NCBI GenBank assembly: GCA_002269645.1
Contig: NIVC01001654.1
Location: 186,001 to 250,000, forward strand
Direction: 5' to 3'
Length of the DNA: 64,000 nucleotides
From: Macrostomum lignano
Lineage: Eukaryota
The position numbers and the translations under genes were made by a program. Shown here in pieces: positions 36,451 to 50,410 of the stretch (its first letter is position 1; every line of letters begins with the position of its first letter). The notes beneath the pieces were generated by a model. It made no database searches and was not told where the DNA came from. It saw only the letters and a list, made by a program, of their open reading frames with translations.

Positions 36451-37478
36451 TGAAGCAGTGCTTTATATTTCTATTGACGGTGGGTATGATACAAGACGCT
36501 TCGTCACGCTTTAATTACAGTAAACCATCCCCTCGAAGCTCCTATACTGAATGCTGAATCACCCTTTAACTCGGACCATAGTCAAATTCAACCCTGTTCG
36601 AAAACAGCCACCCCTCCGATGTTCACCAGACTCGTCTTCACAGCGCAGACCCCATAGCAAAATCGAGCTAAATTTTAACACTCGCCCCTGTTCTCTCTGT
36701 CCCCCTTCTAAATGCCAAGGAATTTCGACCCTCTCTCCATTTTCAGTGTACAGACAGATCTTTCCACAGCACAGACCCTATATTAAACTTCATTCAGCAA
36801 AACCCCTCTCTTCTCCGATTACGTCATCCATGCCGCCCCAGATAGCAAGAAACCAACTTTTAATGCACACATCAACCCCGCGAATCTGAGCAAATCCGAG
36901 TCCGCCAACCTCTACCTGCATTGACAAACCCCAGCTGCATTTGTAAATGTACACAGCCTATGAATCAGTGTCTCCACCGCATGCAATTCTGATTTACTTC
37001 CTATATACTAAAAATGAGTTGTCTGTGGGTATGTGGGTATGTGGGTATGCGATAGATTTCAGAAAAATTGGCTCAACCGATTTTCTTCAAACTTGCACCA
37101 TTCGATCAGAAATTTTCCTGGGACGGTACATGCATCTTGGCTAAGAAATTGCTCAATGTTAAAGGGATTAAATATTCGAAAAACATGCTTTTTTGCAAAG
37201 GTCAAGCAAAATTTTCGACTTGAAATGCATTGTAAGAATGCTAGAGAAATAACTGACTGGCTGAATTTCAATTCTGATAAAGATTGCATCACAACAAATT
37301 GAACACAGTGTCGAAGAAATGCACACACGACTTGGTTAAAATTGCGTAACCATATTGCTAACTTCAATTGAGACTGATTCTGGCTGACTGAGAAATAGAT
37401 TATGTCATAACTTTTTACTCCAATTGACTTGCTGTAAGAATTGCATTACAAGGGCCACAATTCATGTGCTCCAATTGA

Positions 37479-37547
37479 AAAAAGATAGCCTAGATGCGAA
37501 CAGACTGGACTGCTAATGTAGCGACCTGGGTTCGAATCTTAGTAGCG
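37479..37547 (+). other. tRNA-derived Pol III box (A box TAGCCTAGATG, anticodon-like GGACTGCTAAT, B box GGGTTCGAATC) in H1
   Basis: tRNA-Ser(GCT)-like anticodon loop and T-loop, followed by a T6 run. Confidence 0.55.
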
Positions 37548-37599
37548 CAAAATGATTTTTTATTAAAACACCTTGAAAATAAAAAATTGCTAATCATAA

Positions 37600-39910
37600 A
37601 AGAAGCGCCATGTCAAATATAGAAGAGCCACCATGTCGAACATAAAAGGGCCACCATGTCAAACATTAAAGAGCCACCTTGTCAAACATTAAAGAGCCAC
37701 CATTTCAAACCTAAAAGAGCCACCATGTCGAACATACAAGAGCCACCTTATCAAACATTAAAGAGCCACCATGTCGAACGAACATAAAAGAGCCACCATG
37801 TCGAACATTAAAGAGCCACCATGCAGAACATAAAAGAGCCACCATGTCTAATATAAAAGAGCCACCATGTCGAACATTAAAGTGCCATCGTGTCGAACAT
37901 TAAAGAGCCACCATGTCGAACATAAAGGAGCCACCATGTCGAACATAAAAAAGCCACTATGTTGAACATTAAAGAGCCACCATGTCAAACATTAAAGAGC
38001 CACCATGTAGAACATAAAAGAGCCACCATGTCTAATATAAAAGAGCCACCATGTCGAACATTAAAGTGCCATCGTGTCGAACATTAAAGAGCCACCATGT
38101 CGAACATAAAGGAGCCACCATGTCAAACATAAAAGAGCCACTATGTTGAACATTAAAGAGTCACCATGTCAAACATTAAAGAGCCACCATTTTGAACATT
38201 AGAGAGTCACCATGTCAAACATTAAAGAGCCACTTTGTTGAGTATTAAAGAGCCATGTCAAACACTAAAGAGCCACCATGTCAAACATTGAAGAGCCACC
38301 ATGTCAAACATTAAAGAGCCACTTTGTTGAATATTAAAGAGCCACTATGTCAAACAGTAAAGAGCCACCATGTCAAACATTAAAGAGCCACCATGTCTAA
38401 TATAAAAGAGCCACCATGTCGAACATAAAGGAGCCACTATGTCGAACATAAAAGAGCCACCATGTTGAAAATTAAAGAGCCACCCTGTAAAACATTTAAA
38501 AGATTCACCATGTCAAACAAATAAGTGACTTCATTTCAAACATAAAATAACCATCATGTCAAACAGAAAAGAGCCACCATGTCAAACATTAAAGAGCTAC
38601 CATGTCAAACATTAAAGAACCACCATGTAAAACATAAAAGAGCCATCATGTAGAACATAAAAGAGCCACCATGTCTAATATAAAAGAGCCACCATGTCGA
38701 ACATTAAAGTGCCATCGTGTCGAACATTAAAGAGCCACCATGTCGAACATAAAGGAGCCACCATGTCAGACATAAAAGAGCCACTATGTTGAACATTAAA
38801 GAGCCACTATGTCAAACATTAAAGAACCACCATGTAGAACATAAAAGAGCCACCATGTCTAATATAAAAGAGCCACCATGTCGAACATTAAAGTGCCATC
38901 GTGTCGAATATTAAAGAGCCACCATGTCGAACATAAAGGAGCCACCATGTCAAACATAAAAGAGCCACTATGTTGAACATTAAAGAGTCACCATGTCAAA
39001 CATTAAAGAGCCACCATTTTGAACATTAGAGAGTCACCATGTCAAACATTAAAGAGCCAATTTGTTGAGTATTAAACAGCCACAATGTCAAACAATAAAG
39101 AGCCACCATGTCAAACATTAAAGAGCCACTTTGTTGAATATTAAAGAGCCACTATGTCAAACATTAAAGAGCCACCATGTCCAACATTAAAGAGCCACCA
39201 TGTCTAATATAAAAGAGCCACCATGTCGAACATAAAGGAGCCACTATGTCGAACATAAAAGAGCCACCATGTTGAAAATTAAAGAGCCACCCTGTAAAAC
39301 ATTTAAAAGATTCACCATGTCAAACAAATAAGTGACTTCATTTCAAACATAAAAGAACCATCATGTCAAACAGAAAAGAGCCACCATGTCAAACATTAAA
39401 GAGCTACCATGTCAAACATTAAAGAACCACCATGTAAAACATAAAAGAGCCATCATGTCAAACATTAAAGAGCCATCGTGTCGAACATTAAGGAGCCACC
39501 ATGTCGAACATTAAAGAGCCACCACATCAAACATTAAAGAGCCACCATTTCAAACATAAAAAAGCCACCATGTCAAACATATATGTGATTCCATGTCGAA
39601 CATTAAAGAGCCACCATGTGAAACATATAAGAGACTTTATTTCAAACATAAAAGAGCCACTATGTTGAGCATTAAAGAGCCACAATGTAAAACATAGAAA
39701 CGACCATTTCGAACATTAAAGAGCCACCATGTTGAACATTAAAGGGCTACCATGTCAATCATTAAAGAGCCACCATGTCAAACATTAAAGTGCCATCGTG
39801 TCGAACATTAAAGAGCCACCATGTCGAACATAAAGGAGCCACCATGTCGAACATAAAAGATACACAATTTCAAACATAAAAGTGAGCGAATTTTAAAGGA
39901 GCCACTATAT
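37600..39910. repeat. ~22-bp satellite array in H1
   Basis: Unit aaagagccaccatgtc(a/g)aacat(t/a). Confidence 0.95.
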
Positions 39911-40644
39911 TGCTAAGGAAATTGTCGCACTAGCTACTTATTGTCTGGTGGATGCTTGCTATTTGGAGATGCTATCTATCTGGGGGATGCTTTCTATCTG
40001 GGGGATGCTTGCAATCTGAGGGATGCTTGCCATCTGGGGGATGCTTGCTGTCTTGGGATGATTTCTTTTTGCATTGCACTTCATTTGAGTAGTTTGTCTG
40101 TTTCTTTTGTGAAAGCTTTATTTGGCTATCTTCTTATTCCTTGTAGAGAACAGAGATTCTATGCAGATGTCCCCAAAAGTCCAATATACTAAAAATGAAA
40201 ATCTTGCTTGCTTGTAATCGATTAGAGAAAAAATGGCTTAACCGATTTTCATGAGACTTGCACTGTTTGATCAGAAATTTTCCCGTTACGGTACATGCAT
40301 CTTGGCTAAGAAATTGCTCCATGTTAAAGCGATTAAATATTCGAAAAACATGCTTTTTTGCAAAGGTCAAGCAAAATTTTCGACTTAAAACCCATTGTAA
40401 GAATGCTAGAGAAAAAACTGACTGGCTGAATTCTGATTCTGATAAAGATTGCATCACAACAAGTTGAAAACAGTGCCAAAGAAATGCACACACGACTTGA
40501 TTTAAATTGCGTAACCATATTGCTAACTTAAATTGAGACTGGTACTGGCTGACTGATAAATTGATTATGTCATAACTTTTTACTCTAATTGACTTGCTGT
40601 AAGAATTGAATTATAAGGGCCACAATTCATGTTCTCCAATTAAA

Positions 40645-40712
40645 AAGAGATAGCCTATATACGAACAGACTGGACTGCCAACGTAGAGACCTGGGTTCGA
40701 ATCTTAGTAGTG
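40645..40712 (+). other. tRNA-derived box in H2
   Basis: tagcctatat...tggactgccaac...gggttcgaatc. Confidence 0.5.
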
Positions 40713-40759
40713 AAAAATAATTTTTTTATTAAAACACCTTGAAAACACGAAACTGCTAA

Positions 40760-43700
40760 ACATAAAAAAGCACAATGTCGAACATAAAAGAGGCACCATG
40801 TCAAACATTAAAGAGCCACCATGTCGAACATTAAAGAGCCACCATTTCGAACATTAAAGAGCCACCATTTCGAACATTAAAGAGCCACCATTTCGAACAT
40901 TAAAGAGCCACCATTTTGAACATTAAAGAGCCACCATTTTAAACATTAAAGAGCCACCATGTCAAACATTTAGGAGCCACAATGTCAAACATTTAAGAGC
41001 CACCATGTCGAAAATAAAGAGCCACCATTTCGAACATTAAAGAGCCACCATGTCAAACATTTAGGAGCCACCATGTCAAACATTAAAGAGCCACTTTGTC
41101 GAACATTAAAGAGCCACCATTTCGAACATTAAAGAGCCACCATTTCGAACATTAAAGAGCCACCATTTCGAACATTAAAGAGCCACCATGTCAAACATTT
41201 AGGAGCAACCATGTCAAACATTTAAGAGCCACCATGTCAAACATTAAAGAGCCACCATGTCTAACATAAAAGAGCTATACCATGAAGAACATTAAAGAGC
41301 CACCATGTTGAACATAAAAGAGCCACCATGTCGAACATTAAAGAGCCACCATTTCGAACATTAAAGAGCCACCATGTCAAACAATTAAGAGCCACCATGT
41401 CAAACATTAAAGAGCCACCATGTTGAACATAAAAGAGCCACCATGTCGAACATTAAAGAGCCACCATTTCGAACATTAAAGAGCCACCATGTCAAACAAT
41501 TAAGAGCCACCATGTCAAACATTAAAGAGCCACTTTGTCGAACATTAAAGAGCGCCATGTCAAACATAAAAGAGCCAACATGTCAGACATTAAAAAGCCA
41601 CCGTATCAAACATAAAGAGTTACCGTGTAGAACAAAAAAGAGCCACCATATCGAACAAAAAAGAGCCACCATGTCAAACATTTAAGAGCCACCATGCAAC
41701 CATTTAAGAGCCACCATGTCAAAACACAAAAGTGCCATCATGTCAAACCTAAAAGAGCCACCATGTCTAACATAAAAAAGCCACCATATCGAACATTAAA
41801 GAGCCACCATGTCAAAAATCAAAGAGCCATTATGTCAAACCTAAAAGAGCCACCATGTCGAACATTAAAGGGCCACCATGTAGAACATTAAAGAGCCACC
41901 ATGTCAAACATTAAAGAACCACCATGTCGAACATTAAAGAACCACCATGTTAAACATTAAAGAGCCACCATGTCAAAAATAGAAGAGCCACCATGTCAAA
42001 CATAAAAAAGCCACCATGTCTAACATTAAAGAGCCACCATGTCAAACCTAAAAGAGCCACCATGTCAAACATAAATCTGGCATGATGTCAAACATTAAAG
42101 TGCTACCATATCGAACATTAAAGAGCCACCATGTCTAAAAGTAAAGAGCCACCATGTCGAACATTAAAGGGCCACCATGTAGAACATTAAAGAGCCGTAC
42201 CATGTCAGACATTAAAAAGCCACCGTATCAAACATAAAAGAGCCACCATGTAAAACATTTAGGAGCCACCATGTCAAACATAAAGAGCCACCATGTAAAA
42301 CATTTAGGAGCCACCATGTCAAACATATATGTGACTTTATGACAAACATTAAAGAGCCACAATGTCGAACATTAAAGAGCCACCATGTCTAACATAAAAG
42401 AGCTATACCATGAAGAAAATTAAAGAGCCACCATGTCTAAAAGTAAAGAGCCACCATGTCGAACATTAAAGAGCCACCATTTCGAATATTAAAGAGCCAC
42501 CATGTCGAACATAAAAGAGCCACTATTTTGAACATAAAAACAGCCACCATTTCGAACATAAAAGAGCCACCATGTCAAACATAAAAGAGCCACCATGTCA
42601 AACAATTAAGAGCCACCATGTCAAACATTAAAGAGCCACCATGTTGAACATAAAAGAGCCACCATGTCGAACATTAAAGAGCCACCATTTCGAACATTAA
42701 AGAGCCACCATGTCAAACAATTAAGAGCCACCATGTCAAACATTAAAGAGCCACTTTGTCGAACATTAAAGAGCGCCATGTCAAACATAAAAGAGCCAAC
42801 ATGTCAGACATTAAAAAGCCACCGTATCAAACATAAAGAGTTACCGTGTAGAACAAAAAAGAGCCACCATATCGAACAAAAAAGAGCCACCATGTCAAAC
42901 ATTTAAGAGCCACCATGCAACCATTTAAGAGCCACCATGTCAAAACACAAAAGTGCCATCATGTCAAACCTAAAAGAGCCACCATGTCTAACATAAAAAA
43001 GCCACCATGTAGAACATTAAAGAGCCACCATGTCAAAAATCAAAGAGCCATTATGTCAAACCTAAAAGAGCCACCATGTCGAACATTAAAGGGCCACCAT
43101 GTAGAACATTAAAGAGCCACCATGTCAAACATTAAAGAACCACCATGTCGAACATTAAAGAACCACCATGTTAAACATTAAAGAGCCACCATGTCAAAAA
43201 TAGAAGAGCCACCATGTCAAACATAAAAAAGCCACCATGTCTAACATTAAAGAGCCACCATGTCAAACCTAAAAGAGCCACCATGTCAAACATAAATCTG
43301 GCATGATGTCAAACATTAAAGTGCTACCATATCGAACATTAAAGAGCCATCATGTCTAAAAGTAAAGAGCCACCATGTCGAACATTAAAGGGCCACCATG
43401 TAGAACATTAAAGAGCCGTACCATGTCAGACATTAAAAAGCCACCGTATCAAACATAAAAGAGTTACCATGTAGAACAAAAAAGAGCCACCATGTAAAAC
43501 ATTTAGGAGCCACCATGTCAAACATAAAGAGCCACCATGTAAAACATTTAGGAGCCACCATGTCAAACATATATGTGACTTTATGACAAACATTAAAGAG
43601 CCACAATGTCGAACATTAAAGAGCCACCATGTCTAACATAAAAGAGCTATACCATGAAGAAAATTAAAGAGCCACCATGTCTAAAAGTAAAGAGCCACCA

Positions 43701-45870
43701 TGTCGAACATTAAAGAGCCACCATTTCGAACATTAAAGAGCCACCATGTCAAAGATTTAAGAGCCACCATGTCGAACATTCAAAAGCCGCATTGTCAAAC
43801 ATTAAAGAGCCACCATTTCGAATAATAAAGAGCCACCATGTCGAACAAAAAAGAGCCACTATTTTGAACATAAAAACAGCCACCATTTCGAACATAAAAG
43901 AGCCACCATGTCAAACATAAAAGAGCCACCATGTCAAACATAAAAGAGCCAACATGTCAAACATAAAGAGCCACCATGTCAAACATTTAAGAGCCACCAT
44001 GTCTAACATATATGTGACTTTGTGTCAGACATTAAAGAGCCACCATTTCGAACATTAAAGAGCCACCATTTCGAACATTAAATAGTCACCATGTCAAACT
44101 TGAAAGAGCTATAACATGAAGAATATTAAAGAGCCACCATGTCGAACGTAAAAGAGCCGCCATGTAAAATATTAAAGAGCTACCATGTTAAACATAAAAG
44201 AGCCACCATGTAAAACATTAAAGAGCCACCATGTGAAACATTAAAGAGCCACCATGTCAAACATTCAAAAGCCGCATTGTCAAACATTAAAGAGCCACCA
44301 TTTCGAATATTAAAGAGCCACCATGTCGAACATAAAAGAGCCACTATTTTGAACATAAAAACAGCCACCATTTCGAACATAAAAGAGCCACCATGTCAAA
44401 CATAAAAGAGCCACCATGTCAAACATAAAAGAGCCAACATGTCAAACATAAAGAGCCACCATGTCAAACATTTAAGAGCCACCATGTCTAACATATATGT
44501 GACTTTGTGTCAGACATTAAAGAGCCACCATTTCGAACATTAAAGAGCCACCATTTCGAACATTAAAGAGTCACCATGTCAAACTTGAAAGAGCTATAAC
44601 ATGAAGAATATTAAAGAGCCACCATGTCGAACGTAAAAGAGCCGCCATGTAAAATATTAAAGAGCTACCATGTTAAACATAAAAGAGCCACCATGTAAAA
44701 CATTAAAGAGCCACCATGTGAAACATTAAAGAGCCACCATGTCAAACATTTAAGAGCCACCATGTCAAACATATATGTGACTTTGTGTCAAACATTAAAG
44801 AGCCACCATTTCGAACATTAAAGAGCCACCATGTCAAACATAAAAGAGCCAACATGTAAAACATAAAGAGCCACCATGTCAAACATATATGTGACTTTGT
44901 GTCAAACATTAAGGAGCCACCATTTCCAACATTAAAGAGCCACCATGTCGACCATAAAAGAGCCACTATTTCGAACATCAAAGAGCCACTATGTCAAACA
45001 CAAAAGAGCCACCATGTAAAACATTAAAGAGCCACCATGTGAAACATTAAAGAGCCACCATGTCAAACATTTAAGAGCCACCATGTCAAACATATATGTG
45101 ACTTTGTGTCAAACATTAAAGAGCCACCATTTCGAACATTAAAGAGCCACCATTTCGAACATTAAAGAGCCACCATTTCGAACATTAAACAGCCACCATG
45201 TCAAACATGAAAGAGCTATAACATGAAGAATATTAAAGAGCCACCATGTCGAACATAAAAGAGCCGCCATGTAAAATATTAAAGAGCTACCATGTTAAAC
45301 ATAAAAGAGCCACCATGTAAAACATTAAAGAGCATCATGTGAAACATTAAAGAGCCACCATGTTAAACATTTAAAAGCCTTCGTGTCAAACAGTAAAGAG
45401 CCACCATGTCGAACATTAAAGCGCCACCATGTCGAACGTTAAAGAGCCACCATGTCAAACATTAAAGAGCCACATTGTCAAACAGTAAAGAGCCACCATG
45501 TCGAACATTAAAGAGCCACCATGTCGAACGTTAAAGAGCCACCATGTCGAACATTAACGAGCCACGATGTCAAACATAAAAGAGCTACCAAGTTAGACAT
45601 AGAAGAGCCACCATGTGAAACATATATGTGACTCCATGTCTAACATTAAAGAGCCACCGTTTCTAACATTAAGGAGCCACCATGACAAACATAAAACTGG
45701 CACAAACATAAATTGTCAAACATTAAAGAGCCACCATGTAGAACATTAAAGAGTCACCATGCCAAACATTAAAAAGCCACCAATTCAAACATAAAATAGC
45801 CACCATTTCAAACACAGGAGAGACATTTTCAAACGTAATAAGAAGCGTCATGCCAATCATAAAGGAGCCC
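40760..45870. repeat. ~22-bp satellite array in H2 with a 1221-bp higher-order duplication
   Basis: Same unit as H1; near-identical blocks at 41443/42664 and 41694/42915. Confidence 0.95.
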
Positions 45871-45954
45871 TTAGAAAGCTAAAAGGAAATGTTGCACCAT
45901 ATTCTTTTTGTCTGGTGGATGCTTGCTATTTAAGGATAGATACTTGCTATCAAT

Positions 45955-46176
45955 TGGATGCTTGCTATCTGGGGGTGCTTGCTATCTGGGGGTGCTTGCT
46001 ATCTGGGGGTGCTTGCTATCTGGGGGTGCTTGCTATCTGGGGGTGCTTGCTATCTGGGGGTGCTTGCTATCTGGGGGTGCTTGCTATCTGGGGGTGCTTG
46101 CTATCTGGGGGTGCTTGCTATCTGGGGGTGCTTGCTATCTGGGGGTGCTTGCTATCTGGGGGTGCTTGCTATCTGG
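45955..46176. repeat. 17-bp minisatellite (~13 copies) in the H2 tail
   Basis: gcttgctatctgggggt; ~5 degenerate copies at 39950-40045 in H1. Confidence 0.9.
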
Positions 46177-46789
46177 GAGGAGGGGGATGTTTGCTGTCTT
46201 GGGATGTTTTCTTTTTGCATTGCGCTTCATTTGAGCAGTTTTTCTGTTGTCTTTGTGAAGACTCTATTTGGCGGGTTTTTTTACTTGTAGAGAACAGAAG
46301 TTCTATCCAGATGTCCCCCATCGGGGGGCGAAGATTGCTAGTCCTATATACTAAAAATGAAAATCTTGCTTGCTTGCTTGCTTGCTTGTAATCGATTAGA
46401 GAAAAAATGGCTTAACCGATTTTCATGAGACTTGCACTGTTCGATCAGAAATTTTCCCGTGACGGTACATGCATCGTGGCTAAGAAATTGCTCGATGCTA
46501 AAGGCATTAAATATTCGAAAAACATGCTTTTTTGCAAAGGTCAAGCAAACTTTTCGACTTGAAATGCATTGTAAGAATGCTAGAGAAAAAACTGACTGGT
46601 TGAATTCTGATTCTGAAATAGATTGCATCATAACTGAATTGTAACTCCGACTTAAATTGCGTCACAGTATTGAAAATGCAGTGTGGAAGCGTAGCACCAG
46701 ACTTGATTTAAATTGCGTAACCATATTGTTAACTGATACTGACTGACTGAGAAATTGATTATGTCATAACTGCCTCGTGTGATTTACTC

Positions 46790-46860
46790 TATGCTTGGAG
46801 TTTTGAAACTTATAATTATAAGTGCTAAAATTCATATTATCAAAACGATGAGAGCTAGCC
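46790..46860 (+). other. tRNA-derived box in H3
   Basis: tagcctagaggta...ctgactgctaaatgcag...ggttcgaat. Confidence 0.5.
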
Positions 46861-46964
46861 TAGAGGTAAACAGACTGACTGCTAAATGCAGGGACGATGG
46901 TTCGAATTTTTAGAGAGTGGAATTTTTTAATTAAAGCTTTTTAACACCAAGAAGAAAACTAAAA

Positions 46965-49590
46965 AATCATAGAAGCGTCATGTAAAAAATCATAGAAGCG
47001 TCATGTAAACAATCATAGAAGCGTCATGCAAAAAATCATGGAAGCGTCATGAAAAAACCATAGGAGCGTCATGAAAAAATCATAGAAGCATCATGTAAAA
47101 ATCATAGAAGCGTCATGTAAACAATCATAGAAGCGTCATGTAAAAAATCATAGAAGCGTCATGTAAACAATCATAGAAGCGTCATGCAAAAAATCATAGA
47201 AGTGTCATGTAAAAAATCATGGAAGCGTCATGTAAAAATCATAGAAGCGTCATGAAAAAATCATGGAAGCGTCATGTAAAAAATCATGGAAGCGTCATGA
47301 AAAAAAAACCATGTAAGCGTCATGTAAAAAATCATAGAAGTGTCATGTAAAAAATCATGGAAGCGTCATGTAAAAAATCATAGAAGCGTCATGTAAAAAT
47401 CATAGAAGCGTCATGTAAACAATCATAGAAGCGTCATGTAAAAAATCATAGAAGCGTCATGTAAACAATCATAAAAGCGTCATGTAAAAAATCATAGAAG
47501 CGTCATGTAAACAATCATAGAAGCGTCATGCAAAAAATCATAGAAGTGTCATGTAAAAAATCATGGAAGCGTCATGTAAAAATCATAGAAGCGTCATGAA
47601 AAAATCATGGAAGCGTCATGTAAAAAATCATGGAAGCGTCATGAAAAAAAACCATGGAAGCGTCATGTAAAAAATCATAGAAGTGTCATGTAAAAAATCA
47701 TGGAAGCGTCATGTAAAAAATCATAGAAGCGTCATGTAAAAATCATAGAAGCGTCATGTAAAATCATAGAAGCGTCATGTAAAAAATCATGGAAGCGTCA
47801 TGTAAAAATCATAGTAGCGTCATGTAAAAAATCATAGAAGCGTCATGAAAAAATCATAGAAGCGTCATGAAAAAAACATAGGAGCGTCATGAAAAAATCA
47901 TAGAAGCGTCATGTAAAAATCATAGAAGCGTCATGTAAACAATCATAGAAGCGTCCTGCAGATATCGTAGAAGCGTCATGAAATAATCATAGAAGCGTCA
48001 TGTAAAAAGCATAGAAGCGTCATGTAAAAAATCATAGAAGCGTCATGTAAACAATCATAGAAGCGTCATGTAAAAAATCATAGAAGCGTCATGTAAACAA
48101 TCATAAAAGCGTCATGTAAAAAATCATAGAAGCGTCATGTAAACAATCATAGAAGCGTCATTCAAAAAATCATAGAAGTGTCATGTAAAAAATCATGGAA
48201 GCGTCATGTAAAAATCATAGAAGCGTCATGAAAAAATCATGGAAGCGTCATGTAAAAAATCATAGAAGCGTCATGTAAAAATCATAGAAGCGTCATGTAA
48301 AAAGCATAGAAGCGTCATGTAAAAAATCATAGAAGCGTCATGTAAACAATCATAGAAGCGTCATGTAAAAAATCATAGAAGCGTCATGTAAACAATCATA
48401 GAAGCGTCATGCAAAAAATCATAGAAGTGTCATGTAAAAAATCATGGAAGCGTCATGTAAAAATCATAGAAGCGTCATGAAAAAATCATGGAAGCGTCAT
48501 GTAAAAAATCATAGAAGCGTCATGAAAAAATCATAGAAGCGTCATGAAAAAAAACCATGGAAGCGTCATGTAAAAATCATAGAAGTGTCTTGTAGAAAAT
48601 CATGGAAGCGTCATGTAAAAAATCATAGAAGCGTCATGTAAAAATCATAGAAGCGTCATGTAAAAATCATAGAAGCGTCATGTAAAAAATCATGGAAGCG
48701 TCATGAAAAAATCATGGAAGCGTCATGTAAAAAATCATAGAAGCGTCATGAAAAAATCATAGAAGCGTCATGAAAAAAAACCATGGAAGCGTCATGTAAA
48801 AATCATAGAAGTGTCTTGTAGAAAATCATGGAAGCGTCATGTAAAAAATCATAGAAGCGTCATGTAAAAATCATAGAAGCGTCATGTAAAAATCATAGAA
48901 GCGTCATGTAAAAAATCATGGAAGCGTCATGTAAAAATCATAGTAGCGTCATGTAAAAAATCATAGAAGCGTCATGAAAAAATCATAGAAGCGTCATGAA
49001 AAAAACATAGGAGCGTCATGAAAAAATCATAGAAACGTCATGTAAAAATCATAGAAGCGTCATGTAAAAATCATAGAATCGTCATATAAAAAGCATAGAA
49101 GCGTCATGTAAACAATCATAGAAGCGTCATGAAAAAATCATGGAAGCGTCATGTAAAAATCATAGAAGTGTCATGTAAAAAATCATGGAAGCGTCATGAA
49201 AAAATCATAGAAGCGTCATGAAAAAATCATAGGAGCGTCATGAAAAAATCATAGAAGCATCATGTAAAAATCATAGAAGCGTCCTGCAGAAATCGTAGAA
49301 GCATCATGTAAACAATCATAGAAGCGTCATGTAAACAATCATCGAAGCGTCATGAAATAATCATAGAAGCGTCATGTAAAAAGCATAGAAGCGTCATGTA
49401 AAAAGCATAGAAGCGTCATGTAAAAAGCATAGAAGCGTCATGTAAACAATCATAGAAGCGTCATGAAAAAATCATAGAAGCCTCATTTAAAAACTAATGA
49501 AAGCGTCATTTAAAAAAATAAGAAGCATCATGGAAGAATAAAAGAAGTGTAATGTAAAAATCAAAAGAAGCGTCATGTCAGACATTAAGG
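46965..49590. repeat. ~22-bp satellite array in H3 (second type)
   Basis: Unit tagaagcgtcatgtaaaaa(a)tca. Confidence 0.95.
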
Positions 49591-50365
49591 ATGTCATGTA
49601 AAAATGAAATGCAGCTATAATGCTGTGCTGGGAAGAAAAACTGAGACGTAAAGGCTCTCAGAGAATAACTGAGATTACGAGGGGGGGGGGTTGTTTCTGG
49701 GATCTCAAAGCAAAAGTCAGAAGCTACTTCAAAGTTCATGTACTTTACTCAATTTTTTATTGCATTCTTTGTTGGCTCGCCATGGGGGGGTGCTGATAGA
49801 AGAAGAGTCATGTAAAAAATAAAAGTAGCACTATGTATACATAAAAGACAAGTCATGTCGAAGTTAAAAGATTCATTTGGGAATTGCTACGATGTCAAAG
49901 CTTGGTGGAAATCGTTATAGTGCTGTGATTCTTAAAGAAGGAATCACTAAAATGTCAAGGCTTAGGGGAGAAGAATTGCTGAGATTTCAAGGCTTTAGGT
50001 TGGGTTAAAGTTAGGTTTAGGTCAGGTGTGGGTTGAGGGTTATATTTTATCGGGTTTCAAGGTTAACAGTGGATTTTTTAGATTTCAAGGTTTATGGGGG
50101 CCATCGCTGACATGTCAAGGCTTACGGACGCGGGGGGGAATAGCTGAGATGTCAAGGCTCACGGGGGTATAAATGAGATTTCAAGGCTGAAGTCAGAAGC
50201 TACATGTAGTTTATTGAAAACTTTTTATTACATTATTTGATGCCTCCTCAGGCGAGGGATCGCTGATAAAAAAAGCGTTATGTAAAAAATAAAAGAAGCT
50301 TATCGCTATAATGCTGTAGTAGTGCTATAATGACTCTTAGAGAGAATTACTGAAATTTCAATGCT

Positions 50366-50410
50366 TTAGGGTTAGGTTAGGGTTAGGGTTAGGGTTAGGG
50401 TTAGGGTTAG
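50366..50410 (+). repeat. Interstitial (TTAGGG)~7 tract inside H3
   Basis: ttagggttaggttagggttagggttagggttagggttagggttag. Confidence 0.85.

Larger units (their letters stand above)
36999..40179 (+). mobile_element. Non-autonomous Helitron unit H1 (3' terminus truncated)
   Basis: Begins TCCTATATACTAAAAATG; ~600-bp head shared with H2 and H3; tail lacks the hairpin and CTAG. Confidence 0.75.
40180..46341 (+). mobile_element. Non-autonomous Helitron unit H2
   Basis: 5' TCCAATATACTAAAAATG; 3' CCCCC-ATC-GGGGGG hairpin (46315-46328), then CTAG. Confidence 0.85.

Noticed and set aside
36551-36889. Near-identical 112-aa ORFs at 36551 (+) and 53504 (-)
   Set aside because: They are a consequence of the inverted arms; no transposase or other recognisable motif
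37479-37547. Functional tRNA-Ser gene
   Set aside because: No clear acceptor stem or long variable arm, and the three copies diverge at the anticodon; reported only as tRNA-derived
41443-46644. Short ORFs in Helitron heads and satellites
   Set aside because: Repeat-derived, with no Rep/helicase motifs; the units are non-autonomous
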